The translations under genes and the position numbers were made by a program. Positions 55,675-64,000 of a DNA stretch of 64,000 nucleotides are shown here, piece by piece. The notes beneath the pieces were generated by a model. It worked only from the letters and a program-made list of their open reading frames with translations. It did not search any database and was not told where the DNA came from. The number at the start of each line of letters is the position of its first letter. Position 1 is the stretch's first letter. This stretch comes from a bacterium (GTDB taxonomy: Bacteria > J088 > JAWLBW01): assembly GCA_041690355.1 (NCBI GenBank), contig JAWLHK010000019.1, forward strand, positions 1-64,000. Direction: 5' to 3'.

Positions 55675-57011
55675 CAGGCATCCATCGCAGAGGACGACTG
55701 CGCCAATGCGAATCGAACGTAAAACCAGGTCACATCCCCCTCCCGTGCGTGCCAGATCTCGCCACGCGCCATCTCCACGATCGTCCTGGATAGAGCAAGT
55801 CCGAGCCCCAGGCCCCTGCTCCGGCCGGAGACGAACGGCTGAAAGATGCTCTCGCCGAGGTGACCCGGGATCGGCGGCCCTTCGTTACCGACGCCGACCA
55901 CGACGTGGCCGTCTTCAGACCGGACCGATATCCGGATGTCGCTCTCTTCAGGCGAGGCCTGGATCGCGTTTTCAACCAGGTTGCGGAACAGACGGTGCAG
56001 GTCGTCTGCGTTTCCGCTTACAAAGACATCGTCGGGCACATCCATCCGGAACATGCGCCAGGCCTTCAGGTACCGCAGCGGGAGTGCGCGCAGGAGAAGC
56101 GCGAGGTTCACGTCGTCGACCCCGCGCTGCGGGCGGCGCCCGAAATCGAGCAGCGTATGCGTCAGATTCATGCAGCGGTTGATTTCTTCGTGAATCATCT
56201 CGACGTAACGTAAACTCTGCGGATTACCCTGCAGCCGCCTGGCGAGGGCGTCTGCGGCCGACCACATGACCTCGAGCGGGTTGTTGATTTCGTGCGCCAG
56301 TCCAAGGCTTACCTCACCCACGCCTGCAAGTCTCGCATTGCGCAGGGAGGCGATGTCGGCCTCGCGCTCGGTGGTCTTCTCCCATCGTGTGATGATGAAA
56401 GCCTCGCGCTCGTCTGACTCACGCACCCTGAACAGGCGGACCTGGCCGTAGCGTTCGCAGCCCCCCGCACCGGTGATGGCAGTATACCAACGCGAACTTT
56501 CGAGCGACTCGGGAAGCGCGCTTCGAAACGTCTGCTCACCGCCGATATGCTCGAGCGGAAAAGGCTTACCCGCGAACTCTTCGGGTGTACCGCCCAGTGC
56601 GGTGGCCCCCGTGCGGTTGAGCCGTACGATGCGGAGCCCCTCATCGACGAGAAAGATTTCGACGGCCAGGCGGTCGACGACGAACTCCCATTCCTTTTTG
56701 GCCCGCTGTACGGCGTCGACGATGTCGATGCAGGGGAGCGACTCCGGAAGCAGCGCGCGCAGGGTTCTGGCCACCGTCTGACGTACGACCGCATCGTCGG
56801 CGGTCAGGACGATCCGCTGGTTGCGACCCGGAACGCTGACTTCGTCCTGATTCGCCGCCAGGTCTCCGCTGTCGAGCGGCAGCAGCGAAAAGGCCACCTC
56901 GGGAAACGCCGCCTGCAGCCTCTCGAGCCGCAGGCTCGCCAACCCGAAGATGCTGCACCGGTTCGCGAGCTGTTCATTGTTCGGAATCTTTACAAACGCG
57001 GTCAAGGGCAT
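55674..57011 (-). CDS. Cytoplasmic PAS sensor histidine kinase
   Basis: No TM segment; PAS (IVRLNR..FAGKP), LAHEINNPL, NLVENAIQA, IFQPF, GLGLGL; coupled to the NtrC-like gene by TGATG. Confidence 0.9.
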   Translation of the reverse strand: MPLTAFVKIPNNEQLANRCSIFGLASLRLERLQAAFPEVAFSLLPLDSGDLAANQDEVSVPGRNQRIVLTADDAVVRQTVARTLRALLPESLPCIDIVDAVQRAKKEWEFVVDRLAVEIFLVDEGLRIVRLNRTGATALGGTPEEFAGKPFPLEHIGGEQTFRSALPESLESSRWYTAITGAGGCERYGQVRLFRVRESDEREAFIITRWEKTTEREADIASLRNARLAGVGEVSLGLAHEINNPLEVMWSAADALARRLQGNPQSLRYVEMIHEEINRCMNLTHTLLDFGRRPQRGVDDVNLALLLRALPLRYLKAWRMFRMDVPDDVFVSGNADDLHRLFRNLVENAIQASPEESDIRISVRSEDGHVVVGVGNEGPPIPGHLGESIFQPFVSGRSRGLGLGLALSRTIVEMARGEIWHAREGDVTWFYVRFALAQSSSAMDA

Positions 57012-57065
57012 CGGTCATCTCCGGAACGAGTCGGGCATATCTCCCTTTTCAAGGCGGGGCAGCAT

Positions 57066-57089
57066 GGCAAAATTCCCGACAAAATTGTC
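57066..57089. promoter_or_regulatory. Tandem quasi-palindromic sites, candidate enhancer (UAS)
   Basis: GGCAAAATTCCC-GACAAAATTGTC (9/12 identical); related GGGCATATCTCCC at 57033-57045. Confidence 0.5.
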
Positions 57090-57121
57090 TCCTCGCCTAC
57101 TATGCGCACCCCGCTGTACGT

Positions 57122-57137
57122 AGCAAGAACAGTGCCT
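57122..57137 (-). promoter_or_regulatory. Sigma54 motif facing the kinase/NtrC operon
   Basis: AGGCAC-TGTTC-TTGCT. Confidence 0.5.
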
Positions 57138-57147
57138 GCAAAAACGC

Positions 57148-57163
57148 TGGCATCCTTCTTGCT
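57148..57163 (+). promoter_or_regulatory. Sigma54 promoter of the chemosensory operon
   Basis: TGGCAT-CCTTC-TTGCT, about 77 nt upstream of ATG 57240. Confidence 0.7.
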
Positions 57164-57239
57164 TTTGGGTCGGCTGCTTCCGGGAGAAGTTCGCCCGATC
57201 GCAGTGTCGGGCCACCACGCGGTGGCCATGAGGTGTGTT

Positions 57240-57602
57240 ATGCGGAAAGTCTTGATGATCGACGACTCGAAGACGGTCGTCACCGGCGTGAGCGCTGCGC
57301 TGAAGAAAGAAGGGTTCGAGGTCATGGCCCCCGAGCGCTTCGTCGACATCCACACCATGATCCGGGCCCACAGGCCTGAAATCATCATCCTCGACCTCAA
57401 CATGCCGACCCTCTCCGGCGAACAGATCGGGCGCTTTCTGCGCAAGCACGAATTTACGGGTCGCATCATTATCTACTCCGGCGAACCTGCAGACAAGCTG
57501 GCAGCGGCAGCCCAGAACATCGGTGCGGCCGGATGGGTGTCGAAGGACCAGCCGCTCGGCGACCTTCTCGGCGTCGTTCGCGGACAACCGCTGGCGGTCT
57601 GA
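57240..57602 (+). CDS. Single-domain response regulator (CheY-like)
   Basis: MRKVLMIDDS..IILDLNMP..IYSG..VSK; GAGGTG RBS; start reassigned. Confidence 0.88.
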   Translation: MRKVLMIDDSKTVVTGVSAALKKEGFEVMAPERFVDIHTMIRAHRPEIIILDLNMPTLSGEQIGRFLRKHEFTGRIIIYSGEPADKLAAAAQNIGAAGWVSKDQPLGDLLGVVRGQPLAV

Positions 57603-57604
57603 AC

Positions 57605-58159
57605 ATGCACGAGCGTTCAGACACTGCGGTTCTCGAGCGGCTGCGCGTTCTTGAGCGTGAGCTCCTTGCCCTGCGGCGCAGTCTGGGGGCTTCAGGCCAG
57701 TCTCTGCCCGCAGAGCCGTTCGATGCCCTCACCCTCCAGGCCGGCGGAGTTCCCTGCGCCATCCCGGTCGCACGCGTGATCGAGGTCGCTCCCGTACCGT
57801 GGTGCCAGCCGGTTCCCGACGCGCCGGGCTGGCTCCTGGGCACCTTTCGATACGGACAGTTGTCGCTTCCCGCCATCGATCTGCCGCACCGCCTCGGGGC
57901 GCCGCGGACGGCCGTGCGCGCCGCGCACCTGCTCGCCATCGTCGGCAACGGCACGCGCGCCGAAGCCGGCCTTCTGTTCGAGACCGTCGGCGACATCGTG
58001 CACATCGTGCCTGAATCGGTCGCCCCTGTGGCCGACAACGTACCGCAGGCGCCGTTTCTACTGGGCACAATCCCTGAACAGCATGCCACCCGGCTCCTGC
58101 TCTCGGTCGACCGGCTGTGTCGCGATGCGATTTTCGACGAGTCGCCCGATGAAGTCTGA
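57605..58159 (+). CDS. cheW: CheW-like adaptor with an N-terminal coiled coil
   Basis: AIPVARVIEV, PVPDAPGWLLG..YG..LPAIDL. Confidence 0.85.
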   Translation: MHERSDTAVLERLRVLERELLALRRSLGASGQSLPAEPFDALTLQAGGVPCAIPVARVIEVAPVPWCQPVPDAPGWLLGTFRYGQLSLPAIDLPHRLGAPRTAVRAAHLLAIVGNGTRAEAGLLFETVGDIVHIVPESVAPVADNVPQAPFLLGTIPEQHATRLLLSVDRLCRDAIFDESPDEV

Positions 58160-59354
58160 CCGCTTCTCTGCCGCCATCGACAAAATCTACGCCCAGACCG
58201 GCATCATCGTGGCCGATCACCGCATGGATCAGGTGCGGCAGGCCATGGCGGCGCTCGGCGGCGGAAGTCCCGAAGAGGGGGCGCGACGCTATCTTGCCGA
58301 CGATCCGGATGCAGAGCGACACGTCATGGCCGCCGTTACCGTCGGCGAAACCTACTTCTTCCGGGACGCGGGCCACTTCGAGCGCCTCGCCATCTTTGCC
58401 CGCGAGCGCGCGGCCGCGGGACGCCCGTGCCGCGTTCTGAGCGCCGGCGCGTCCAGCGGCGAAGAAGCCTGGTCTGCGGCGGCAGTGCTCGCCTCGACCT
58501 ATGTGCGCGAGACGGCGGGAACCGAGGTCGTGGCCTGGGAGCTGGACCAATACCGAGTTTCAACGGCCTTACGGGGGCGCTACTCTGCCTGGTCGGCGCG
58601 AAAAGGGTTTGCCGGCTACGCGCGCTTCTTCCGCGTGCAGCGCGACGCCGTCGAGGTCAGTCCCGCTTTGCGGCCCTATGTCCGCTTCGAAAAGATCAAT
58701 CTGATTACTCCGCCTCAGGGCTGTCGTTTCGACGCGATATTCTTTCGTAACGTCTCCATCTACTGGTCGCTCGAAACGACAGCCGCTGTTCTGAACGGAC
58801 TTCTCGCCATGCTGGAGCCCGATGGCCTCTTCTTTCCCGGACCCAGCGACCAGGTGCCGCTTGACCGGGCCGAGTGGACGAGCGACTTCTTCTCCGGCGC
58901 GCGGGTCTACCGGCGTCACCGCGACCGGCAGGCGCCCACGGCAAAGGCGGCCGCAGAGACGCTGCGCCCACCGCGGTATGCCACGCCGGCGGTATCCCCC
59001 CGGATGTCCGAACCGGCGACGGTGCGCCATCCCGAGCGCCCGACCGTCGACGCGATTCTTGAAAAGGTACGGGCCACGGCGGATCGCGGCGAGTACGCCG
59101 CGGCGCTCGCGCTCCTGGGCGCCATCGGAAACACGCACGATCCGCGCGTGGCCATGTGGCAGGGCATTCTGCTTCTCAGTCTCGAACGCCCGCTCGAAGC
59201 CGTCTCTGCATTCCAGCGCTGGTGCTACTGGGACCCGAAGAATCACGACTGCCACCGGTGGCTGGCCGTGGCCTACGAAACCGCCGGCCGATCCGAAGAC
59301 GCGCTGCGCGAACGCAGGGTCGCGAGCGAGATGGAGATGAGCCATGAGTGTTGA
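58149..59354 (+). CDS. cheR: CheR methyltransferase with C-terminal TPRs (WspC/FrzF-like)
   Basis: VTVGETYFFRD, SAGASSGEEAWS, VRFEKINL, FDAIFFRNVSIY; TPR tail; start MKSD at 58149. Confidence 0.88.
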   Translation: MKSDRFSAAIDKIYAQTGIIVADHRMDQVRQAMAALGGGSPEEGARRYLADDPDAERHVMAAVTVGETYFFRDAGHFERLAIFARERAAAGRPCRVLSAGASSGEEAWSAAAVLASTYVRETAGTEVVAWELDQYRVSTALRGRYSAWSARKGFAGYARFFRVQRDAVEVSPALRPYVRFEKINLITPPQGCRFDAIFFRNVSIYWSLETTAAVLNGLLAMLEPDGLFFPGPSDQVPLDRAEWTSDFFSGARVYRRHRDRQAPTAKAAAETLRPPRYATPAVSPRMSEPATVRHPERPTVDAILEKVRATADRGEYAAALALLGAIGNTHDPRVAMWQGILLLSLERPLEAVSAFQRWCYWDPKNHDCHRWLAVAYETAGRSEDALRERRVASEMEMSHEC

Positions 59355-59910
59355 TTTCGAAGAGCTGAAGCGCCGAACGTCGGCGTCGCTCACGCAGGCC
59401 GAACCCGAAGGGGCCCGGCTCGAAAGCCTCCTGCGCGAACGGTCGGCCGGCCTGGCCGCACGCGAGCAGACGATCACGCACCGTGCGATTCACGCCGACG
59501 TCGTCGTCGTGCGCCGCGGGTCGGTCCTGCTCGCCTTTCCGGTCGCGGTGCTGCAGGAGATCCGCAGCGTCGAGTGCGTACTCGTCTCGCACGCGACGGC
59601 GTGGATTCCTGCCTTCTTCCAGGTGCGCGGGCGCATCGGTACACTCTGCGACCTGCAGCCCTTCTTCGGCACTTCGGTCGCCGAGCCGATCAGCCGGGCG
59701 ACCGTCGCCATGGTCGATTTCGAAGGGCGTGTTCTGGGGGTCCGCGTCGACGAAGTCATCGGCCCGCGCATCATCTACGAGGATGAATGCACCGAAGGCC
59801 TCCAGGGACGTGAAGTCCCTTTTCTGAGCGCCGTCACGCGCGATCTGGTTCTGGTTATCGACCCGCTGCGCCTGTTTCAACGGCCGGAGCTGGTTCTTGA
59901 GTTTTCCTGA
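59344..59910 (+). CDS. cheW: Second CheW-like adaptor (WspD-like)
   Basis: LLRERSAGLA, AFPVAVLQEI, QVRGRIGTLCDL, GVRVDEVIG. Confidence 0.85.
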   Translation: MSVDFEELKRRTSASLTQAEPEGARLESLLRERSAGLAAREQTITHRAIHADVVVVRRGSVLLAFPVAVLQEIRSVECVLVSHATAWIPAFFQVRGRIGTLCDLQPFFGTSVAEPISRATVAMVDFEGRVLGVRVDEVIGPRIIYEDECTEGLQGREVPFLSAVTRDLVLVIDPLRLFQRPELVLEFS

Positions 59911-59928
59911 TTCGAAAGTGGTGTCAAC

Positions 59929-61776
59929 ATGGTCAATCGTCTGAGTATCGGTCAGAAGCTGCTCATCATGCTCGTTGCCCCCGTGCTGGGGCTCGTCTTC
60001 TTCGCCGTCAACGGCATTCTGGAGAAGAGCGCCGTCGTCGCCGAGATGGAGCTGCTCGACGAGCTGGCGGGTCTCGCCGTGCGTGCGAGCACGCTGACGC
60101 ACGAGTTGCAGAAGGAACGCGGCATGACGGCCGGCTTCATCGGGTCGCAGGGCGCCAAGTTCGCGTCTGAGCTCCTGGCGCAGCGCGGAGAGACCGATAA
60201 GGCGCTGATGGAGTTCACCAAACAGGCTGCGAACGAATCGTTCCACGCCCTCGGTGCAGAGTTCCTGCGGCAGCGCGACCTTGCTCTCGAAGATCTGCGG
60301 AAACTGCAGTCGGTGCGCGATCGCGCGAGTTCTCTCCAGAGCCGCGCCAGTGAAGCGATTGCCGCCTATACGCACACCAATACTATCCTCATCCAGCTCG
60401 TGGGGCAGATCGCCAACAACATGAGCGATTCGGAAGCCGCGCGCCGCATCATCGCCTACGAAAGCTTTCTCATGGTCAAGGAACGCGTCGGTATCGAGCG
60501 AGCGCTGCTGAACAGCGCCTTTGCATTCGGACGCTTTCCGAGCCTCGAACAGTTTCGCGCCTTCGTGAGCATCGTTGCCGCGCAGGGAGCAATCAAGGAA
60601 ATCTTCGACGGGCACGCCACCGAGGCGCAGGTCAGCCTCCTGCGCAGCCGGTATACCGGCGACGCCGCGGCCGAGCTTCTCAAATACCGGGACCAGGGCT
60701 TCGAAAGCAACGGTACGGGAAAGCTCACCGCCGACGCCGAAACCTGGTTCCGCACGGCTACCAACTTCATCGACGGACTTCGCGACGTAGAGGATCGTAT
60801 CGGCGTCGATCTGGTCGCCTACGCGGCAAGCCGGCGCGCCGAGGCCCAGCAGGCGCTGTACTTCTTTGCCATCATCGCCGTGGTGGCCATCGTGCTCGCC
60901 GTCGTTCTGGCGCAGATCCTGGGGCGCAGCGTGAGCCTCCCCCTGACCAAAGCGGCCGAATCGGCACGGGAGATCGCGCACCAGATCGTTTCGACCACCA
61001 AGCAGCAGAGCGCCAGCGCAAACGAGACCGCAACGGCCGTGAGCCAGACGACGACGACCGTCGACGAAATCCGCCAGACTTCGCATGTCGCCTCGGATCG
61101 CAGCAAGGCCGTGACCGAAACGGCCCGCCGCAGCGTGGCCGGCGCCACGCAGGCCATGCAGGCGATTTCGCAGGGGGTCGACGCCATGCAGCGCATCCGC
61201 GCCGAAGTCGAAGGGATCGCGCGTAACATCCTCGACCTGAGCGAAAAGAACATCCAGATCGGCGAAATCGTGCAGAGCGTCAATGCCATCGCAGAACAGT
61301 CGAATCTGCTTGCCGTCAACGCCTCCATCGAGGCCGCCAAGGCCGGCGAGCACGGCAAGGGCTTCTCGGTCGTGGCGGGCGAGGTCAAGGCGCTGGCCGG
61401 ACAGTCAAAAGAAGCGACCGGCCAGATTCGCGCCATCCTGGGAGAAATTCAGAAGTCGTCGAACGCGGCCGTCATGGTCACCGAGCAGGGAACCAAGCGG
61501 GTCGAAGAGGGGGTCAGCCTGATCGAAGAGCTGGGCCAGGCCGTGCAGGAGCTCAGCCGGGTCATCGAAGAGAGCATGGACGCCGCCACCCAGATTGCCG
61601 CAACGGCGAACCAGCAGCTCGCCGGCATCGAGCAGATTACGGGCGCCATGCAGAACATCGAGCAGGCCACACGCGATAACGCGGCGGGCATCAACCAGCT
61701 CGAGCAGGCGGCGCAGCAGGTTCAGAGCGTGAGCGTGAAGCTCGGCGAGCTTGTCACCGGAAAGGCCGCTGCGTGA
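59929..61776 (+). CDS. Methyl-accepting chemotaxis protein with a periplasmic NIT (nitrate/nitrite-sensing) domain
   Basis: TM1, [36 protein letters not shown]2; signalling tip [37 protein letters not shown]. Confidence 0.92.
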   Translation: MVNRLSIGQKLLIMLVAPVLGLVFFAVNGILEKSAVVAEMELLDELAGLAVRASTLTHELQKERGMTAGFIGSQGAKFASELLAQRGETDKALMEFTKQAANESFHALGAEFLRQRDLALEDLRKLQSVRDRASSLQSRASEAIAAYTHTNTILIQLVGQIANNMSDSEAARRIIAYESFLMVKERVGIERALLNSAFAFGRFPSLEQFRAFVSIVAAQGAIKEIFDGHATEAQVSLLRSRYTGDAAAELLKYRDQGFESNGTGKLTADAETWFRTATNFIDGLRDVEDRIGVDLVAYAASRRAEAQQALYFFAIIAVVAIVLAVVLAQILGRSVSLPLTKAAESAREIAHQIVSTTKQQSASANETATAVSQTTTTVDEIRQTSHVASDRSKAVTETARRSVAGATQAMQAISQGVDAMQRIRAEVEGIARNILDLSEKNIQIGEIVQSVNAIAEQSNLLAVNASIEAAKAGEHGKGFSVVAGEVKALAGQSKEATGQIRAILGEIQKSSNAAVMVTEQGTKRVEEGVSLIEELGQAVQELSRVIEESMDAATQIAATANQQLAGIEQITGAMQNIEQATRDNAAGINQLEQAAQQVQSVSVKLGELVTGKAAA

Positions 61777-63893
61777 GTGATGACGAACTGCTGGCGGTAT
61801 TTTCCGCCGAAGTAGACGAGCAGCTCGAGAGTCTGCGCACGGGGCTCGCGGGGGCGCCTGCCGAGTGGGACGTACAGCTCCTGTTCAGGCTCGCGCACAA
61901 CGTGAAGGGGGCGGCGCGCATGGTGGGTGCGACCGCCGTCCGCGATGCCGCGCACACCCTCGAAGAGCTGCTTGCCGCCCTGCGCGACGGCGCGACGCGC
62001 ACGCAGCGGCGCGCCGCGCTGGTGCGCGAAGGGGCGACCCTTCTCGCGCGCACCTTCGCGGCCATGCAGGAGCGCCGCGAGGCGCCGCAGATCGATGGTT
62101 ACCGGCGGGCGGTCGAGGAGGCGCTGGCCGATGAGAATGCGACCGGAGAAGGTTTCGCCGAGTCTGCGACGGACCTTCCTTCCGAGACCCCGGCCCGGCA
62201 GACCGCGCTCCCGACGTCCGGCGAGGAGCCTGCCGGTCCCGCGAACGCCGACACGATACGCATCCGTCTCGATCGTCTCGAGGGGCTGCTCGACCTGGCG
62301 ACCGAGTTCGATATCAGTACCTACCGGGGGAATCTCGAGCGTGACCTGGCCGACCGGCTCGCCGCCGGCGTCGACGAGCTGCAACGTGAAATCCCCGAAC
62401 TGCGCCGGCATCCGCTCATGAAGCGCCTGGCCGGACTCGCCCGCGACCTGCGGCGGAATCTCGGAGAAGACGCACACCACGGGAACCGACTGGCGGGACA
62501 GCTGCAGGGCGCCATCCGCTCGCTGCGCATGGTGCGGGTCGACAGCGCGCGCGCGCTGCTGGGCCGTGTCGTCGACGACGCCTGCGGCACCGCCGAACGC
62601 CAGGCCGGGTTCTTCATTCAGGGCGGCGATACCGAAATCGACCGCGTCGTGCTCGATTCGCTGCGTGACCCGCTCGTGCACCTGCTGCGTAATGCGGTCG
62701 CGCACGGCATCGAGGCGGCCGCAGACCGCGTCGCAGCCGGAAAACCCGCAGACGGCACAATCCGCCTCACGGCCCGGGCCGCCGGCGCGTGGGTCGAGCT
62801 GGCCGTCGTCGACGACGGCCGGGGCGTCGATCCCCGGGCTATCCGGGCCCGGCTGGTCGAACAGGGCATGCTGAAGCGCGCCGAGGCCGACGGCAAGGAA
62901 CAGGGCGAGCTGGTCGAGTACCTGTTTCACCCCGGATTTTCGACGGCCCGCACGGTGAACGAGCTTGCCGGTCGCGGCGTGGGGCTCGATGTCGTGCGCA
63001 GCAACGTGCGCGCCATCGGCGGCGACGTCTCGGTGTCGAGCACGCCCGGCGGGGGAACGACTTTTCATCTGCGCGTGCCGCTCACCCGCCTGACGACCCG
63101 CGGCATCGTGGTTCGCCTGGGGGCACGCTGGTTCGTCGCGCCGGTCATGAACATGGAACGCACCCTGCTCGCTTCGCGCAAGCACCTGCAGCACGTCGAG
63201 GGCCAGCTCGTGCTCGAAGTCGACGGCGTTCCGCTCCCGGCGACCCGTCTCGAATCGGTGCTCGACTGCAAATCCGACGGCGACGCGAACCGCCCGGCCA
63301 TCGTCCTGTCCGAGGGGAGGCGCCGGGGGGCGTTTCTCGTCGACGAGGTGCTCGGCGAACGCGAGTTTCTCATGCAGCCGCTCCCCTGGAACATCAAGCG
63401 GCTGCGGGCGCACGCCGGCATGACGGTGCTCGACGGCGGAGTCATCGCACCCATCCTGAATATCTCGGATCTTCTCGAAGCACCCGAGGGCCGAAGCACC
63501 GTTTCGGCCGACGAGCAGGTCAGCGAACGCCGGCGTCAGATCCTCGTCGCCGACGATTCGGTGACCAGCCGCACGCTGGAGAAGAACATCCTCGCGGCCG
63601 CCGGCTATGATATCCGCGTGGCGGTTGACGGCGAAGACGCGTGGAAACAGATCAGCGAGCGCATGCCCGACCTGGTCATCTCAGACGTCGAGATGCCCCG
63701 GCTCGACGGGCTCGGGCTCGTGAAGCGCATCCGTGCAGACCAGCGCACCAGCCGGCTTCCCGTCATCCTCGTAACGAGCCTGGGCAACGAGGAGCACCGC
63801 GCGGCCGGCGCGGCGGCGGGAGCCAGCGCCTACATCGTGAAGGGTGCGTTCGATCAGGACGAGCTGCTCCGCTCGGTCGCACGGCTTCTCTAG
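61773..63893 (+). CDS. cheA: Hybrid CheA-REC kinase (WspE/FrzE-like)
   Basis: Hpt [40 protein letters not shown], CheW domain, receiver ADDS..SDVEMP..VTS..VKG. Confidence 0.95.
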   Translation: MSDDELLAVFSAEVDEQLESLRTGLAGAPAEWDVQLLFRLAHNVKGAARMVGATAVRDAAHTLEELLAALRDGATRTQRRAALVREGATLLARTFAAMQERREAPQIDGYRRAVEEALADENATGEGFAESATDLPSETPARQTALPTSGEEPAGPANADTIRIRLDRLEGLLDLATEFDISTYRGNLERDLADRLAAGVDELQREIPELRRHPLMKRLAGLARDLRRNLGEDAHHGNRLAGQLQGAIRSLRMVRVDSARALLGRVVDDACGTAERQAGFFIQGGDTEIDRVVLDSLRDPLVHLLRNAVAHGIEAAADRVAAGKPADGTIRLTARAAGAWVELAVVDDGRGVDPRAIRARLVEQGMLKRAEADGKEQGELVEYLFHPGFSTARTVNELAGRGVGLDVVRSNVRAIGGDVSVSSTPGGGTTFHLRVPLTRLTTRGIVVRLGARWFVAPVMNMERTLLASRKHLQHVEGQLVLEVDGVPLPATRLESVLDCKSDGDANRPAIVLSEGRRRGAFLVDEVLGEREFLMQPLPWNIKRLRAHAGMTVLDGGVIAPILNISDLLEAPEGRSTVSADEQVSERRRQILVADDSVTSRTLEKNILAAAGYDIRVAVDGEDAWKQISERMPDLVISDVEMPRLDGLGLVKRIRADQRTSRLPVILVTSLGNEEHRAAGAAAGASAYIVKGAFDQDELLRSVARLL

Positions 63894-63895
63894 CC

Positions 63896-64000
63896 ATGTC
63901 CGGGACACCGGTTCGAGTCCTGCTGGTCGACGACTCGGTGACCTGCCGCCTCACGTTACGCCGGCTCCTCGAGGCTGAAGGCGGTTTCGAGGTCGTCGGC
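63896..64000 (+). CDS. Receiver N-terminus, probably CheB (partial)
   Basis: MSGTPVRVLLVDDSVTCRLTLRRLLEAEGGFEVVG, directly after cheA; truncated by the window end. Confidence 0.7.
   Translation, partial: MSGTPVRVLLVDDSVTCRLTLRRLLEAEGGFEVVG

Noticed and set aside
3590-63413. Many long antisense ORFs (e.g. 3590-5557+, 9414-12074+, 15024-17936+, 24245-27376-, 39633-42656+, 48218-50974-, 59176-61353-)
   Set aside because: They mirror well-supported genes on the opposite strand, carry no recognisable motifs, and are expected from high-GC codon bias
63905-63925. GGTTCGAGTCC resembling a tRNA T-loop
   Set aside because: It lies in-frame within the CheB-like ORF (PVRVL), and no cloverleaf or acceptor stem is evident
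1-64000. Mobile elements, prophage or anti-phage defence genes
   Set aside because: No transposase, integrase, reverse transcriptase, phage structural or defence-type motifs recognised; the only nuclease is an exported SNase

Overview
High-GC (about 65-70% by eye) bacterial DNA, most likely from a Myxococcota/deltaproteobacterium-like lineage (inferred from Glt-like TPR genes, an AgmX/PglI-type TonB protein and a MYXO-CTERM-like sorting tail). From left to right: (1) a truncated, >=1164-aa Ig-repeat surface lipoprotein that is missing from the ORF track; (2) a ~19-kb Wzx/Wzy-type surface-glycan locus with a PglF/E/D/C-like (bacillosamine-type) set, wecB, two O-antigen-ligase-family genes, wzz, a cytoplasmic heparinase II/III-like protein and a bi-domain oxidoreductase; (3) signalling genes (TPR-2xcNMP, PAS/GAF/GGDEF/EAL, hybrid kinase) and a thermonuclease lipoprotein; (4) a ~13-kb GltD/E/F/G-like envelope cluster with no motor genes, headed by a Zn-ribbon receiver; (5) PCD, an orphan khpA, a second flippase + GT2 pair and a divergent secreted heparinase II/III-like enzyme with a C-terminal sorting signal; (6) an NTT-HEAT-cNMP protein and a PAS kinase/NtrC-family pair, divergent from a Wsp-like chemosensory operon whose receptor has a nitrate/nitrite-sensing NIT domain. 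The best candidate for an undescribed system is region 6: two back-to-back sigma54 promoter motifs and a tandem enhancer-like site join the kinase/activator pair to the NIT chemosensory operon. No rRNA, tRNA, CRISPR array or transposase was found. All protein calls come from motif recognition by eye, not from database searches.
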